In this document: in pieces, positions 12,224 to 24,288 of the stretch
How the letters are laid out: each line of letters begins with the position of its first letter
Numbering within the stretch: the stretch's first letter is position 1
Origin: Octopus sinensis
Lineage: Eukaryota
DNA length: 64,000 nt
Direction of reading: 5' to 3'
Assembly (NCBI RefSeq): GCF_006345805.1
Contig: NC_042999.1
Span: 108,066,001-108,130,000 of the forward strand
The notes under the pieces: generated by a model
What the model was told of the DNA's origin: nothing
What the model saw: only the letters and a program-made list of their open reading frames with translations
Database searches by the model: none
Program-made: the position numbers and the translations under genes

Positions 12224-13570
12224 CTGAGAAGTATTAATCATCATGTTGCATAGGTATAAATTCATTAATGACTCATCTGAACAAAGTACTGAATAAACTT
12301 AAGAATGCGACAACAAAAAGTCACGTTTGATTTTTACCCTTGAATATTCAGCTCCAAGTTCAAATTCCACTGAGATAAACTTTACCTGTTTTGCTTTTGA
12401 ATTTTACCCATTTTGCTTTTGAAGCTGGTAAATGAAAGTACTGATTGAGAGTGTTGGATTGGCAGAACTGTAAGAACGTCATAACCAAACATGTGACACC
12501 AAAAGGTTGCATGGCTGGTTTTCACCTATATTTCTGCCTAAGCTAACTTTGCCATCCATAACTATTGGGATTCCTTCACCTTTTCCAATTCACATTTACA
12601 ATTTGCAGCCAAAATATTGATGTTTATTTAATCTCTCTCACTCTCTCTCTCTCTCTCTTGTTCTCCTTTAAAAGAGAAGATTGTTTTTTTCATTCCTCAC
12701 AGCAAGTTAACTCACTGATTTTTTTTTCATTTTTTTTCCCTGTCTTTTATAAACTTTCAAGTATTTGATCCCTTTATAAAGCTTTGTTCATGTTTAAGAG
12801 TCAGTCAGGCAATTGGTAGATGTACTGTTTCCATAACAAAAGACAGTGGCTAGTTTTATGGTCATCGCTAAACTAAAAGTCAGAATGTGTCTTTACTTTT
12901 CAGTAAAGCTATTGAGCTAAAGAAACAGGATTCACTGCATATCACTGACAACAGTTTCAACTTAACAACCATAAAATCTCACTACAATTTCAAATTCTTT
13001 CCTCCTCATTGCTTTTCCTTGCTTTAGTTTTCACTTTGACTTAATGTCTGTCATGATACGGAAGAAACAAAACACAGAAAAGTATTAAGTTGAGAGTTGA
13101 TGTTTGCATGCTAAATCTTAATAGATTCTCAGATAATTTTCACTGATATATGATGCATTCAGAATGTTCCATCCATTCTTATGTATAAGCTGAAAAGGAT
13201 AATAAGTCCTGTAGTTGTCAAGTTCTATGCACATTAACAGTTCTGAACAATTTATTGCAATGTCATTATATATGAAGCTCAATATAGGTTGAACCTGAAC
13301 TCTTTATTAATGATCATTGGGCGGACTGTTGTAATCTTTTATTCAAAGATAGGAATAATCTGCAAGTATCTTGTTACTTCCTTCTAGTTTTTCTGATTTT
13401 GCATGTTTTCTTAGAAAATAATTTATTCTACTGCTTCATTTCACATCCTTCTTTTCCCAACCATTTATTATCGTTATTATTATTATTATTATTAGTAGTA
13501 GTAGTAGTAGTAGTAGTAGTAATAGTGGTGGTGGTGGTAGTAGTAGTAGTAGTGGTAATGGCGATGGTAA

Positions 13571-13790
13571 GGTAGGGAGCTGCCAGATTTGTTAGCTCAT
13601 CTGCCAAAATGCTTAGTGATATTTCTTCTGGTCCTTTACATTGTGAGTTCAAATTCCACTGAGATTGACTTTGCCATTTACAAGTACCAGTTGAACACTT
13701 GAAATGATGTAAATAACTCCACCACCACCACCACCACATAAAATTGTGGGCTTTTTGCCCGAAGTTTGAAAAATTAATTTTTGTTGATGT
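13571..13790 (+). mobile_element. SINE 'family A', degenerate
   Basis: GGGAGCTGCCAGA...AAAATGCTTAG...GAGTTCAAATTCC...GACTTTGCC..AAGTACCAGTT colinear with 1456-1687; follows (TAG/TGG)n microsatellite. Confidence 0.8.
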
Positions 13791-14279
13791 TATTACCATC
13801 ATTATTGTCTAACAGGATATATTTTTAATGAATTTTTAAAATTAAAATATTAATTCATAACATTGGTACAAGGCCAAAATTTTGGAGGGTGAGTTAGTAG
13901 ATTAAATTGATCCATTGTAAATTTTTTCCTAAACCAGTTACAGTGAAATGGGTAATTGTTGTACTGGAATCAATCCACTGATCTAGTGCAGACAAGGTTC
14001 AAAGGTACTAAGGAACCATCCACATTTTCAGCAAGTGGTTTATGCCAGAGATCTGTATGATCTGTCACTGAATGAAAGTGATATTGTGTGGGTTTTTGCT
14101 ACTCTGTATGATAACCAAATTAGCCAACCACTTCCTTAAACATACCTCTGAATAACAGATGTATACAAAATATATAAAGCAAGCACATGTATATAAAGTT
14201 GTTGTCTGCACACCCTACCCACCATATCACTGCTGAACTAGATACATTATCTGAAAGTAGCTGTTTGTATTAGATACAG

Positions 14280-14520
14280 TTATACAGTTGTTGTTGGTGA
14301 TGGTCTTGTTTCACATCAAGTCAGCTATGATTGCACAGATCCATTAATCAAAGGCATTCCAGCTGCAACTATCCTGTTTTTTTTTATTTTTTTAAAGTTA
14401 GTATATCTAGTTAGTACTACAAAATTCTATCCTTCCTTTTAAACACACAGGTTAATTTGAATGATATTTGGCTGCTTTCTCTAGCAAGTAAAATGAGCAA
14501 GTAGTGGTTCCTTCTTTGGA
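14280..14520 (+). repeat. Unclassified interspersed repeat ('family D')
   Basis: Motifs ATCAAAGGCATTCCAGC and ATTTGGCTGCT(A/T)T(T/C)TCTAGC recur near 19835-20040, 25390-25520, 36146-36350 (minus), 50015-50230, 58583-58800. Confidence 0.65.
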
Positions 14521-14829
14521 TTGTATAGGGTGTTGCATGAAAAAGTAGCCTAGGTTTCATAGTATAGTGTAAATACAGAAATAAATTCATGCAAGTGTCA
14601 TTGTGTTATTTCAAACACTTGTAACTGCTGAATGATGATGCACTAGTCTACTCATCGCTATTTTGTCCTCACCACATCCTCACTGCTTTTGTTGATTGTA
14701 AGATTCATTTAGTGATAACCTCTAGCTCTTTCTACAAGATGATATACTTACTTGTGGAGAGTCGAGATTGTGGAAGAGGATGTGAGAATGGGTTCTGTTA
14801 AGCAAACACGTGAAATTTTTTAAGTTAAG

Positions 14830-15330
14830 TTCCCAGCTTATTGGCAAAGATAATAATACAAATGTTGGCTAAGATATGGCATGCTATGGGGTCAGAGCAC
14901 AATGCCCCAGAACAAAGAGACCCTACAGTTAGAATACTGGAAGTTATTCAGGACATTACCGAAAGCCCAAAGAAGTCAGCTTGTAAATTGGCACAGTAGT
15001 CTCACATAAGCAGGAGGTCATGCCAGTGAGCATTGAAAATCTAAAGCCATATCATATTGCATGTGTACAGCAATTAAAAGTGGATGACAAGAGCAAATGA
15101 GTAAATTACTAAACATTGTTTCTGAATAACAGTTATAGGAGGTTGAAATAACACAATGACACTTGCAAACAAAAGGCTGGGTGTGCTATTTTGGTGGGTG
15201 TAAATTTTTTTCTGTACTTACACTATGCTACAGAACCCAGGATATGTTTTTGTGTTCCATCTTGTATAACTAGGAGTAATTTATTTAAAAGATTAAAATT
15301 GACTGTATTGTCCACAAATCTCCTTTGTGT
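14830..15330 (+). mobile_element. Highly degenerate Tc1/mariner-superfamily transposase remnant (maT/DD37D-like)
   Basis: Frameshifted translation ESPKKSACKLAQ*SHISRRSCQ / LKPYHIACVQQLKVDDK resembles the SP..S.R...L.PYK..VQ.L...D segment of this group; no TIRs found. Confidence 0.45.
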
Positions 15331-15418
15331 CTCATCAATAGTTGAATCAATAGTTAAACGCAAATTTTAGTTTCCAAATGATAAATAAAAGTAGACAAAT
15401 ATTTAAAATATGACTTAA

Positions 15419-15507
15419 AGAACTATTACAAGAAAGTTTAATATATTGATGTTTAATATATTGATGTAATAAAGAACTATTACAAGAAAGTTTAATATAT
15501 TGATGTA
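15419..15507. repeat. Short direct repeats (35-bp and 15-bp units)
   Basis: AAGAACTATTACAAGAAAGTTTAATATATTGATGT twice plus an extra TTAATATATTGATGT. Confidence 0.85.
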
Positions 15508-16164
15508 TCTATTCAATATTCACATATGTTGACCTTTACAAACAGAGAATCTCCAATGAACAAATTGTTGACTCCTTGACTTACAGTACAAGAATTCATA
15601 TTCCATCACTGAGGCCTGATTATATTTTATTGAAACCAAGCTAAATTTAAGTGCATCCTCATTGTGTCTTACAGATTTATGTACCAAGAGCATGAATTTC
15701 ATCCAATTATTGAAAAGCAATTTTATAGCTTGCACTCTAATTCATATAAGTATTGCATTACAAAGTCTAAATTTCCTTTTCAGAATTAGAAAATACTTAA
15801 ACCCTAAACAGTTACCGGCATTATATAAAGCCCAAATGCACACATACACACACAAGTGCTTGCATGCATGGACATGCACACACACGTGTGCACATGCATT
15901 ATTCCCTCTGCATTTAGAACAATAGACCTGCACATTCAGCTAAATTCTGAATCCCTACAGGGAAAATAAAGTGCTCTCTAGATCAACACTCATTCACCAA
16001 AACTCTCTTCCAACTGTTCCTCAAATCAATAAAATAGATTCTATATAGTTGCTTGATATGTGAAAGAATATATTAAATTACGTAGTTCTAGATATCCTAG
16101 CTACACTATGTCTGGAAATAAGATGAGATGGAGACAGCTGGAACATTCTTAACCACAGGTCAGC

Positions 16165-16370
16165 TCAGGCAAAGTAACCTAGAGTTAAGTAACTTCTTCA
16201 TTGCTCTGTGGTTACCTCGGATGGAATAAAGAGCTGGTATTAATAAATACCTTGTGGTATATATTCTCCCTGAGTTATGTCACTTGAAGCCCTTCAATAA
16301 ATAATGACTAATAAAATAAGTACTAGACAATATACTGGAGTCAATTTAATTGACTAAAAGCTTTGTATGT
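16165..16370 (+). repeat. Local duplication, copy 1 (206 bp)
   Basis: Highly similar to 18275-18444 (TCAGGCAAAGTAACCTAG...GACTAAAAGCTT.GTATGT). Confidence 0.9.
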
Positions 16371-17363
16371 GGTACCTCAGTCTAGTCACAGTCAACAATT
16401 GGAAACTAGTAAATGAATAAAAGAATATTGTTTCCTCATCAAGTAGTGTCCTCTCCTTCTCTCTCTTTCGTTATATAATAACCACAATAAATTACAACAT
16501 ATATTGTCTGATCAATAGTGTTATTAAATTCTAACATTGTCTCTTCAATTCTCATATGTTTCTAAAGTGATTTCCTTTGCATATGTTAATATTATTACTT
16601 GGTGTGTTGAAAAATGTTTCCAGTTTGCTGTGGTGCTTTAAGTGAATTTAATGTACTGTTTAGTATCTGCGCTGAAGAAGGACTTCTTAATTTAATTTTC
16701 ATTTCTTTTTCTTTTTGGAGACACTAATATGTGTTTAGAATCTGGTGATTAAAACTAATAACTTTAAAATCTTCATTAGATATGTATTATTTCTTTTTAT
16801 CTCTGACATTTTCTTAGTAAAATCCATGGTTTTATTTTCCTCTATAATATTTATATTTTGTTGAGCTCCAAGCTAATTTTTTACTGTTATGCTTTTTGGA
16901 AAAAGAAAAAAAAACCTTTGAACTGTTTTGATTGTTCACTTTTTCTTGGTGTATTTTTTTTTAAAGTTAATTTATTGATATTTTAGTTAATTCTTTATCA
17001 AAGGTTTTTGTTTATTTTTTTTTTATTTTTTTATTGTTTTGCTTATCAACATTTCTGTGGTAGCTACCAAGTAATATCTTTGGTCAGATATTGACAAACG
17101 CCATACAGCAAACCAATAGCCACAGTAACTTGATTAGTTTCAAAATTACAAAAGAATAACATTACTCTTCTATGAACAAACTGTCTTTTAGATCCTTCAC
17201 TGTTAATGTTGCTGAATAATAGAGATATTCAATGTGGCTATTCAATGTTTATATTAAATTTATGAATTGTTTGAGAAAAAGCTTAGGTTTTCATTTTCTG
17301 CTTAAAAATATATTTGAAAGCCACTGTAAATTTTGTTATTCTTTTTCTTTCCCTTTCTCTTAG

Positions 17364-17494
17364 ATGCTTGCTTCCACACACAACAAAACAAGTCCAAAGG
17401 CACATTTCTAACCTTTTAAGTAATACACAGCCAGCCATTGCTAACAAAAACCATCGCTTTATATTATTTAATCTTTTTTTCAAAACTTTCAAAG
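17364..17494 (+). other. Candidate 131-nt exon, coding or non-coding, unidentified
   Basis: Long polypyrimidine acceptor TTCTTTTTCTTTCCCTTTCTCTTAG and AAG|GTGAGA donor; single open frame RCLLPHTTKQVQRHISNLLSNTQPAIANKNHRFILFNLFFKTFK. Confidence 0.25.
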
Positions 17495-17914
17495 GTGAGA
17501 TAAAATTAGATTTACATCACACTAATTATATGGATATTTAATTAGATGATGATCTTGGAAGAAAATGTCAATCTGTCTACAATGGTTTGGACTTAAGTAA
17601 ACAAATATTATAATAATAATTATCTCTGGCCTTAGCCAACTATTTAAATTGCTTAGTTAGGTTTTCAATTAATGGCTAGAAATCTATAAATATATGTATT
17701 TTGGTTAAATTCTTTTGTCCTAGAACAAATCCAAGTTGTGAAGGTCAATTTCATCAGCTCTCACTTGACCAGAAAGACCATCACCATCCTCCTCCTCATC
17801 ATTATTGTTGTTATTGTTATTATTTAGGCTGCAAGCTGGTAGAATCATTAGCATGCCAGATAAAATGCTTAATGGCATTTTGTCTGTCTTTACATTGAGT
17901 TCAAATTCAAGATA

Positions 17915-18280
17915 AACAGCACATGACCTTGCAGGTGGGGCCCAGTTATATTTTCTTCTGGTTGAGTAACCCATCCTGCTCAAAAGGTCCTTCAATAAGG
18001 GTTGTTTAAGGATGTTGAACAAAACACCCATGTTTCCAGAGGTGAATTATTCAAACCCAAAAGAATCCCTCTCAATACATGGATTTGATGCTCCCCCACT
18101 ACTTCTGCTCTAAGAGACATGGTCAACTGGTTAAGGTCAAACAACTGACAAGCAAATCTGTGGTATTGAGCAGAATATTTGCTGTAGCCCATCTTTTATA
18201 CCAAGACAATGTATATGATAACACTTCCAATTAGTTAAGATCAGAAGCCATGAGAACCACTGCCTGGTACTGCATCAGGC
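17915..18280 (-). mobile_element. Unclassified interspersed repeat
   Basis: GC-richer block ending ...GATCAGAAGCCATGAGAACCACTGCCTGGTACTGCATCAGG, recalled as a common octopus repeat; class not determined. Confidence 0.45.
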
Positions 18281-18444
18281 AAAGTAACCTAGTGTTAAGT
18301 AACTTCTTCATTGCTCTGTGGTGACCTCGGATGGAATAAAGAGCTCCCTTGTGTTATGTCGATTAAAGTCCTTCAATAAATAGTGACTAATAAGTACTAG
18401 ACAATGTACTGGAGTCAATTTAATTGACTAAAAGCTTCGTATGT
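18275..18444 (+). repeat. Local duplication, copy 2 (170 bp, internal ~30-bp deletion)
   Basis: Matches 16165-16370 but lacks GGTATTAATAAATACCTTGTGGTATATTCT. Confidence 0.9.
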
Positions 18445-19386
18445 TACTGTTTTTAGGCTCCACATTCGAGTTACCTCTTTTTCCAGACCTTTGTATTTTG
18501 AAAATTTTGCAGTTTCTTTTAGAGAAAAAAATGTCATCTGTTAGTATTGATACATCAATTAGAAAGAATATTTTGTCTTGGTGATCTCTGACAGGTATAT
18601 CCAGCCTATTGCTCTTGATTTCTCTATCTGTGTGTATTGGCATGACCCAGAGTATGGTTGCTTTCTCATTTTCTGTGACCTTTTCTGGTGTTCACCTATA
18701 CCATCTTTTTTTCTGTTATTCCATAGTGTTGGCATAGCTTCCAGTGAATATAGGTCCCAACTCTGTCGTGTCTGTGAAAATCTTCTTTCTTAGCCAGGAC
18801 TGGGTAGCCAAAGACAAAATGATTTATTGTTTCTTCTCCATTACCACATATTCTGCAGTTACTTGTATTTCTTTCCATTATGTGTTTTTGGTGATTTCTT
18901 ATCAGAAGGCTTTGATCTTCTACTGCAATTAAAAATCCTTCAATCTCTGCTTTGAGTCCTAAGCTTCTCAGCTATTGTTGAGATTTTGCTTTGTTTATTT
19001 CTTTTCTGTTTAGCTTACGTCAATATTTACCATGAAGGGGCTTTTCTTGCTATCATTTTATCATGATTCATTGCTGTTTTAGTTTGGATATCAGTTGTTT
19101 TACACCTTTTGTTGTTTCTTCTTTCTCTTCATAGTTGTTAGGTACTATGACTTCTTTTTTGTATTTGTCAGCTTCCTTAAAGACTGAAAACAGTTTTTGG
19201 TTTTGTTTGTGTTTTGTAGCTATTTGTATTAGTTTTCCTTACTTCTGAAGTAGGTATTTCTGTAGTCCTTTGATCATTATTTTGCAAATAGTTTTCTAGC
19301 TGTATAAGGCTTTTACCACCTTCGATACAATGTACATATAGGTGTTCTACATCAGATTTTGGGTAGTGCATCCTTAATCCTGTCAT
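18445..19386 (-). mobile_element. RLE-type non-LTR retrotransposon remnant (R4/Dong-like), ORF C-terminal part
   Basis: HYPKSDVEHLYV..EGGKSLIQLE; zinc knuckle CRICGNGEETINH....PVLAKKE..HRHDRVG; endonuclease region DREIKSNRLDI..RDH...FLIDVSI; broken by frameshifts. Confidence 0.85.
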
Positions 19387-19389
19387 TAT

Positions 19390-19790
19390 TTATTATTATA
19401 GATGTCACACAATATACAATATCATGATGTTGTTGAGTGAAGATATTGTGTCTACCAGGGATTTGTACTGTCTGTCAAGTCACAAGGACCTCAGATAAAC
19501 AGTGCTTTATGCAATATGTGTGCAATTCCAAGTAATGCCGACTTTTGCTATACACCTAGATTGTAGGGTATTTCTAAAGTTTACAGATGTTTCTTCAGGT
19601 TGGGTCATATTGAACCCAGTGCTCCGATGACAACAACGACAACCTTTATGTTTGACTCTTAGTGATCTCAATTCTCAGTTCTCCATATTTATCAATTTTT
19701 CTCTCCTTTTGTTTCTTTTGATATCGAGTGTATTTTCTTGGTACTCTCACGTTTTCAAACAAATTCAAGCATCTACTTGTTAGTATTCTT
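19390..19790 (-). mobile_element. Second RLE-type LINE 3' end (R4/Dong-like) with (TAA)n-like tail
   Basis: Minus-strand KYGELRIEIT / VVVVIGALGSI / QKSALLGIAHILHKAL followed by short 3'UTR and ATAATAATAAATA tail. Confidence 0.75.
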
Positions 19791-20516
19791 TAGATAGGTA
19801 TCTAATCCTGTGATTGCTGTTTTTAGAGACAGCTGCAGTTGTCTTGAGCTGCTGTTTAACCCTAGATCAGTCAGTCCTGATTAAGCAGACTTATGATCAA
19901 AATGCATTGCATCAAGCTAATAGTCTTATTTTCAGTCCTTGTGTACCCATAACTTCAGTGTATAAATCCTGTTTCAATATAATAAAGGGTAGTTTGACTG
20001 AAGTTTAGCTGTTTGAGCCACCACATTGAGACTCCCCTATGAGCTCATGTAACTTTTTTCATTAAAATTTGTTGATCCAACCCAGCAAGCATGGTGAAAA
20101 AATATGTTAAGATACTGACTAGTGCTGAAGATGGTGATGATGACAGTGATGGTGAGGAATGTTATACTGTATGAATTACAGTTCCTTAGATTAAATTATT
20201 ATGCATGCTTTGTACACATTTACATCCTGCCAGCCTCTTATCTGTGCTGAAATCATTGTTCAGTTAAACCATATTGTTTTTTTTTTTTGCCTTTAAGTAA
20301 TCATCATTGTGTAATTCACTGTTATCTTATGACCTATATTAAATTTGTAATTAATGTAACAGTTTCATTTGACTAGTTCCTAATCTGCTTTATGGTACTT
20401 CATTTATAATTATACTTTGTAATTAATGAGTTTGTTATAATTAGTTTGTTATCTGGTTTGTTATGGTAATTCATGCAGAACATTTTGAGCTGAAATCTGT
20501 GGTGTATATATATATA

Positions 20517-20556
<40 letters not shown>

Positions 20557-20975
20557 GTTTATAATGAACTATTCATTTTTTAGTTGTCTGTTCATTTTTC
20601 ATCTATTTTCCATGCTAGCATGGGTTAGATGGACACATATTACTGAAGCATTGTTTTACAGCCACGTGCCTTTCCTATTGCTAACCTTTGCTTATCAAGC
20701 AATTTTGTTTTTTTATTCACATGTTTTTGAAAATGGACTGTTAGACAAAATTTTATCAGAAAATTTACAACAAACTTTAAGATTTGTATCTTATCATTCT
20801 ATGAATGTTTACATTCCACAGTATCTAAGCATTCACATGCAAAAACACTTCACAGAATGTAAACAAACACATGCACATGCACAAATATACATGTAGATGA
20901 CAGGTTTTGCATAGTTTTCATTTACCATATCTATTCACAAGGCATTTATCAACATGTTGAAGACTTTAATTTTTC

Positions 20976-21073
20976 TTGAGTACTAAACTAATATACCTTG
21001 TTTGTTGTTCTTTCAACTTGGGTATTTGTGGATCATATATGTGCGTATATATTCATGCATGTATTTGTGTGTT

Positions 21074-21105
<32 letters not shown>

Positions 21106-21410
21106 TATATATATATATATATAACAATATTTATACATGTGTATATGATACATGCATGTGTGTATATTTTCATGCATGTATTTGTGTGTCTGTGCATAAT
21201 ATATATATGTATAGATATATATATAATACAATTTATATTTGTGTGTATATGTATATATACATTTGTGTGTGTATCTGTGCTTATATATTCATACCTGTAT
21301 TTTTGTCTATATATATATATATAACTATGTGTGTGCATATATGTGTATATACGTGTGTGTGTGTGTGTATAAAAGTACATACATATATATGTATTGTGTG
21401 TGGTATATAG
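20976..21410. repeat. Compound (TA)n/(TG)n microsatellite
   Basis: Direct reading; source of Y/I/C/V-rich spurious ORFs. Confidence 0.95.
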
Positions 21411-21659
21411 TGTAAACATATTGGGTAAACATTCAAATATTGTCATTATCTTTGCAATTCCTGTTGTTTTACACATGAAAATTTTGTTCGGAAAAATCTG
21501 ATAGACCAAATTGGGAATGGAATGTGTATTAACACAATTGATTAGATAGAGAATCATTTTAGATGACAAGCATTTGGGACTTGTGCTGGTCCATTGTACT
21601 ACTGATGTTCTTTTCTTAGTGAAAAAACTGCTAGGAGGAAAAAATTTACTTAAGAGCTA

Positions 21660-22860
21660 ATCCTACTTACCATTTGTTGATTTGGAGGATGCTTTGAGAG
21701 AGTGCTATAATTTGCAGTCTAGTGATCCTTAAGAAGATAGCTGTGGGTGAATGGCTTGTGAGAATTGTGTCAGCATGCATGTACAGGGATGCAGTCAGCT
21801 AAGTAAGAGCTCATTGAGGAATTTAGAAAGTAGGTAGATGTTCATCAAGGCTTGGTTCTCATTGCCCTCCTATTTGATACAGTTTTCCAAGGTATATCAG
21901 ATTATTTAAAACTGGCTGTTCATGGGAATTCCTATATACTGCTGACCAAGTTCTTATAGCCAAATTTGGGAAACTCAGAAGAAATCCTAGATGTGGAAAC
22001 AAAATCTAAAATTGAGAGGTCATATAATGAACTTGGCAAAGACCAAAGTTTTAGTAAGCAGAAAGGAAGAGAGGACTCAGGGGAAAGGCTATCCTTCATA
22101 TGTAGAAAGTGAGTTGGTAGGAACTTTATGTGGTGCGTACAATAGGAACTATTGGTGCATAGGAGGAATAAAGAATTTTTGTGGGGAAGATCCACAGTAG
22201 TAATTAACTTTCAGAACAAGAGTAAAATTGATTCCTTCAATCCCTTCATTACTGTATTTATTTTGAGATGCTCTGTGTTTCTTTCTATTTCTTTAAATAT
22301 AACAAAGAATTTGGTAAAATAACTTAGTTATCATTCAGCTAGTGTTGGGAACATAAATTGTAACTAAGGTTTGGTGGAAGATTTTAATTCAGAATTTTTG
22401 AAAACAAGACATTTGTACTACAGAGCTAGACCCAATTTCAGCCGGGTTGGTAACAAAAGGGTTAAGTGCTTGGGAAGATCTAACTTCTGTTGAGCAAGCT
22501 TATCAGCAGTGGAGAAGGATACTTTGAAAGCATAGTAGCGAGAATAAGGAAGAATGAAAACATTTCACTCTTCCTTATTCTGTTATTTCTGCAGATAACA
22601 CATTCTTTCTTTGAGTTTAGGCTAGGTTTACATTTCTTGTGTTTGAAGTGAAATGCTAAAATGTGGGCACTGAATACAGAGGGTTTGGAAAGGTTGGAGA
22701 GCAGGTGTTTGTGGGGACATGTGATACAGGTGGATGACAACATGCCTACAGAAGTGGAAGGAAACTGTTGAAGAGGAACATCAAGAAGTAGTGAAAGCTG
22801 ATCTCAACATGTTGAACCTTAAGAAAGATGATGACAAAGATTAAATATGATGATGATGAT
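21660..22860 (+). mobile_element. RTE-clade LINE remnant (RT and 3' end), split by a MITE
   Basis: FVDLE, VGEWLVRIV, HQGLVL..LLF, FKTGCSWEFLYTAD, MNLAKTKVLVS, FESIVARIR, LWGHV, EVVKADL-like segments; (GAT)n tail. Confidence 0.8.
22241..22461 (-). mobile_element. piggyBac-type MITE inserted in the RTE remnant
   Basis: Reverse complement of 53049-53270; right end AAAAGGG|TTAA, left end degenerate TCAA|TCCCTTCATTAC. Confidence 0.85.
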
Positions 22861-22869
22861 ATAAATGCA

Positions 22870-23320
22870 TGTATCTGTTGTGGCTGATGCCAGTGTTGCG
22901 TAACTAGAATGTGAAAGACACCCTTCAAATGTTGGGCAATATGCTGTGCTTGAGAAGACCTGTTAAGCCAAGTGAAACTGTAGTCATGGCCGACGCCAGT
23001 GTCGTCTGATTGGTACTCGTGCTGGTGGCACGTAAAAAGCACTGTTTGAGTGTTCAGCCTCACAAAGTCAACAACAGGTGACCAAGACTGTTAATAATAT
23101 ACCATGCTTGTGAAGCCCTGTCAAGCCAAGTGAGATCATAGTCATGGGTGTTGACAGTTTCCCGTCAATGGTACTTGGAGTGGTTGGCATTAGGTGGGCA
23201 TCCAGTTGTAGAAACCATGCCAAATCAGTTTGGAACCTGGTGCAGCTCCCCAGTTTACCAGTTTTCAGTCAAACCATCCATGGAAAGTGGATGTTGAATG
23301 ATGATAATGATGATGACACA
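22870..23320 (+). mobile_element. SINE-like repeat with internal tandem units and RTE-type (GAT)n tail
   Basis: Repeated AAG(A/C)CCTGT(T/C)AAGCCAAGTGA(A/G)A..TAGTCATGG unit; tail AAACCATCCA..TGGAAAGTGGATGTTGAATGATGAT. Confidence 0.7.
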
Positions 23321-24217
23321 CAGACACTCATTTATATCGTCATCATCATCATCATCATCATATTTAATCTACTTCTCCATGCTTGCATGGGCTGGATGAG
23401 CCTTTCCAATACTGTGTGTCACCACTTACTGCATCCCTTTGTGATCACCTTTGTTAAGATTCATATGTGTGTGTGTGTATTTCCATATTAAATCATCTTT
23501 TAGTATTCTTCTGCATATGATTTTATTCTTTTCAAAACTTTGCTGGGTTTCATATGAAAACTATTTAATGAGAAAATGTATTGCTTTCTTGTAGTTTTAT
23601 TGGTTAGTTTCACACTAACTTAAAATCTCATTTGCACTATAAGGTTAAATTTTTGCACTCAGAGACAGTTAACTTGATTAATAACGTAGACAGTCAGTGA
23701 AATTTTATGTCTTTTTCAGGAAATCTGCACTGACACCTTGGATAGAAGTTCTCTTTGTAAAGAAGTCTTGATATTTTTTTTTAACTGGAAAAGCACCAGA
23801 TACCTTGTGAAAGCTTAAAAGAACCAAATAAAATATTTTGTTCTTTTAAAACTTTCACAATGCATCTGCTTTTTTTATTATATCAATGTGAAAGCTAAAT
23901 CACATTCCTTCCAAAAAATATCCTTTATTTCTGTAAAATAAACTTCCATCTTGAAGCTGTGTAGTTTTCAATGATGCATTAACTCTACCAAATAAAATTT
24001 CAGCAGTAATAAAAGCAAATCTCCTTAAAACGTAATTTTTCCTTCCAGAAAATTCTTTACCTCATAATGCTTAAGTTAAAGTAGAAATGAAATTCTTATT
24101 GCAGCTTATACTGTTACCCAATCTAAATATGATCTGTTTTCTCTTGCTTATTAACAATCTGTACACCGATCATGTTCTCGGTGAGATTATTGTATGGCAG
24201 AAAAATGTCTTGCTTAC

Positions 24218-24288
24218 CTTCACAGATATTTGGTGTTTTTCTTTCTTTCTTTCTTTTTTCTGTTTAAGGTGCATTGACTGTGTTGCTC
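24218..24288 (-). other. Candidate 71-nt exon (GATQSMHLKQKKERKKEKHQISVK)
   Basis: Minus-strand TTTCATTTTCACAG acceptor and AAG|GTAAGC donor; contains an (AAAG)n repeat, which weakens the case. Confidence 0.15.

Noticed and set aside
13987-14139. 50-codon frame with an SH3-like pattern ARD...LSL.E.DI
   Set aside because: Lacks the ALYD(Y/F) start and the downstream WW/G.FP.NY motifs; likely chance.
18263-18345. Short resemblances to U2 snRNA (CCTGGTA.TGCA; GATGGAATA..GAGCT)
   Set aside because: Two short matches in the wrong order; no U2 5' region or Sm site.
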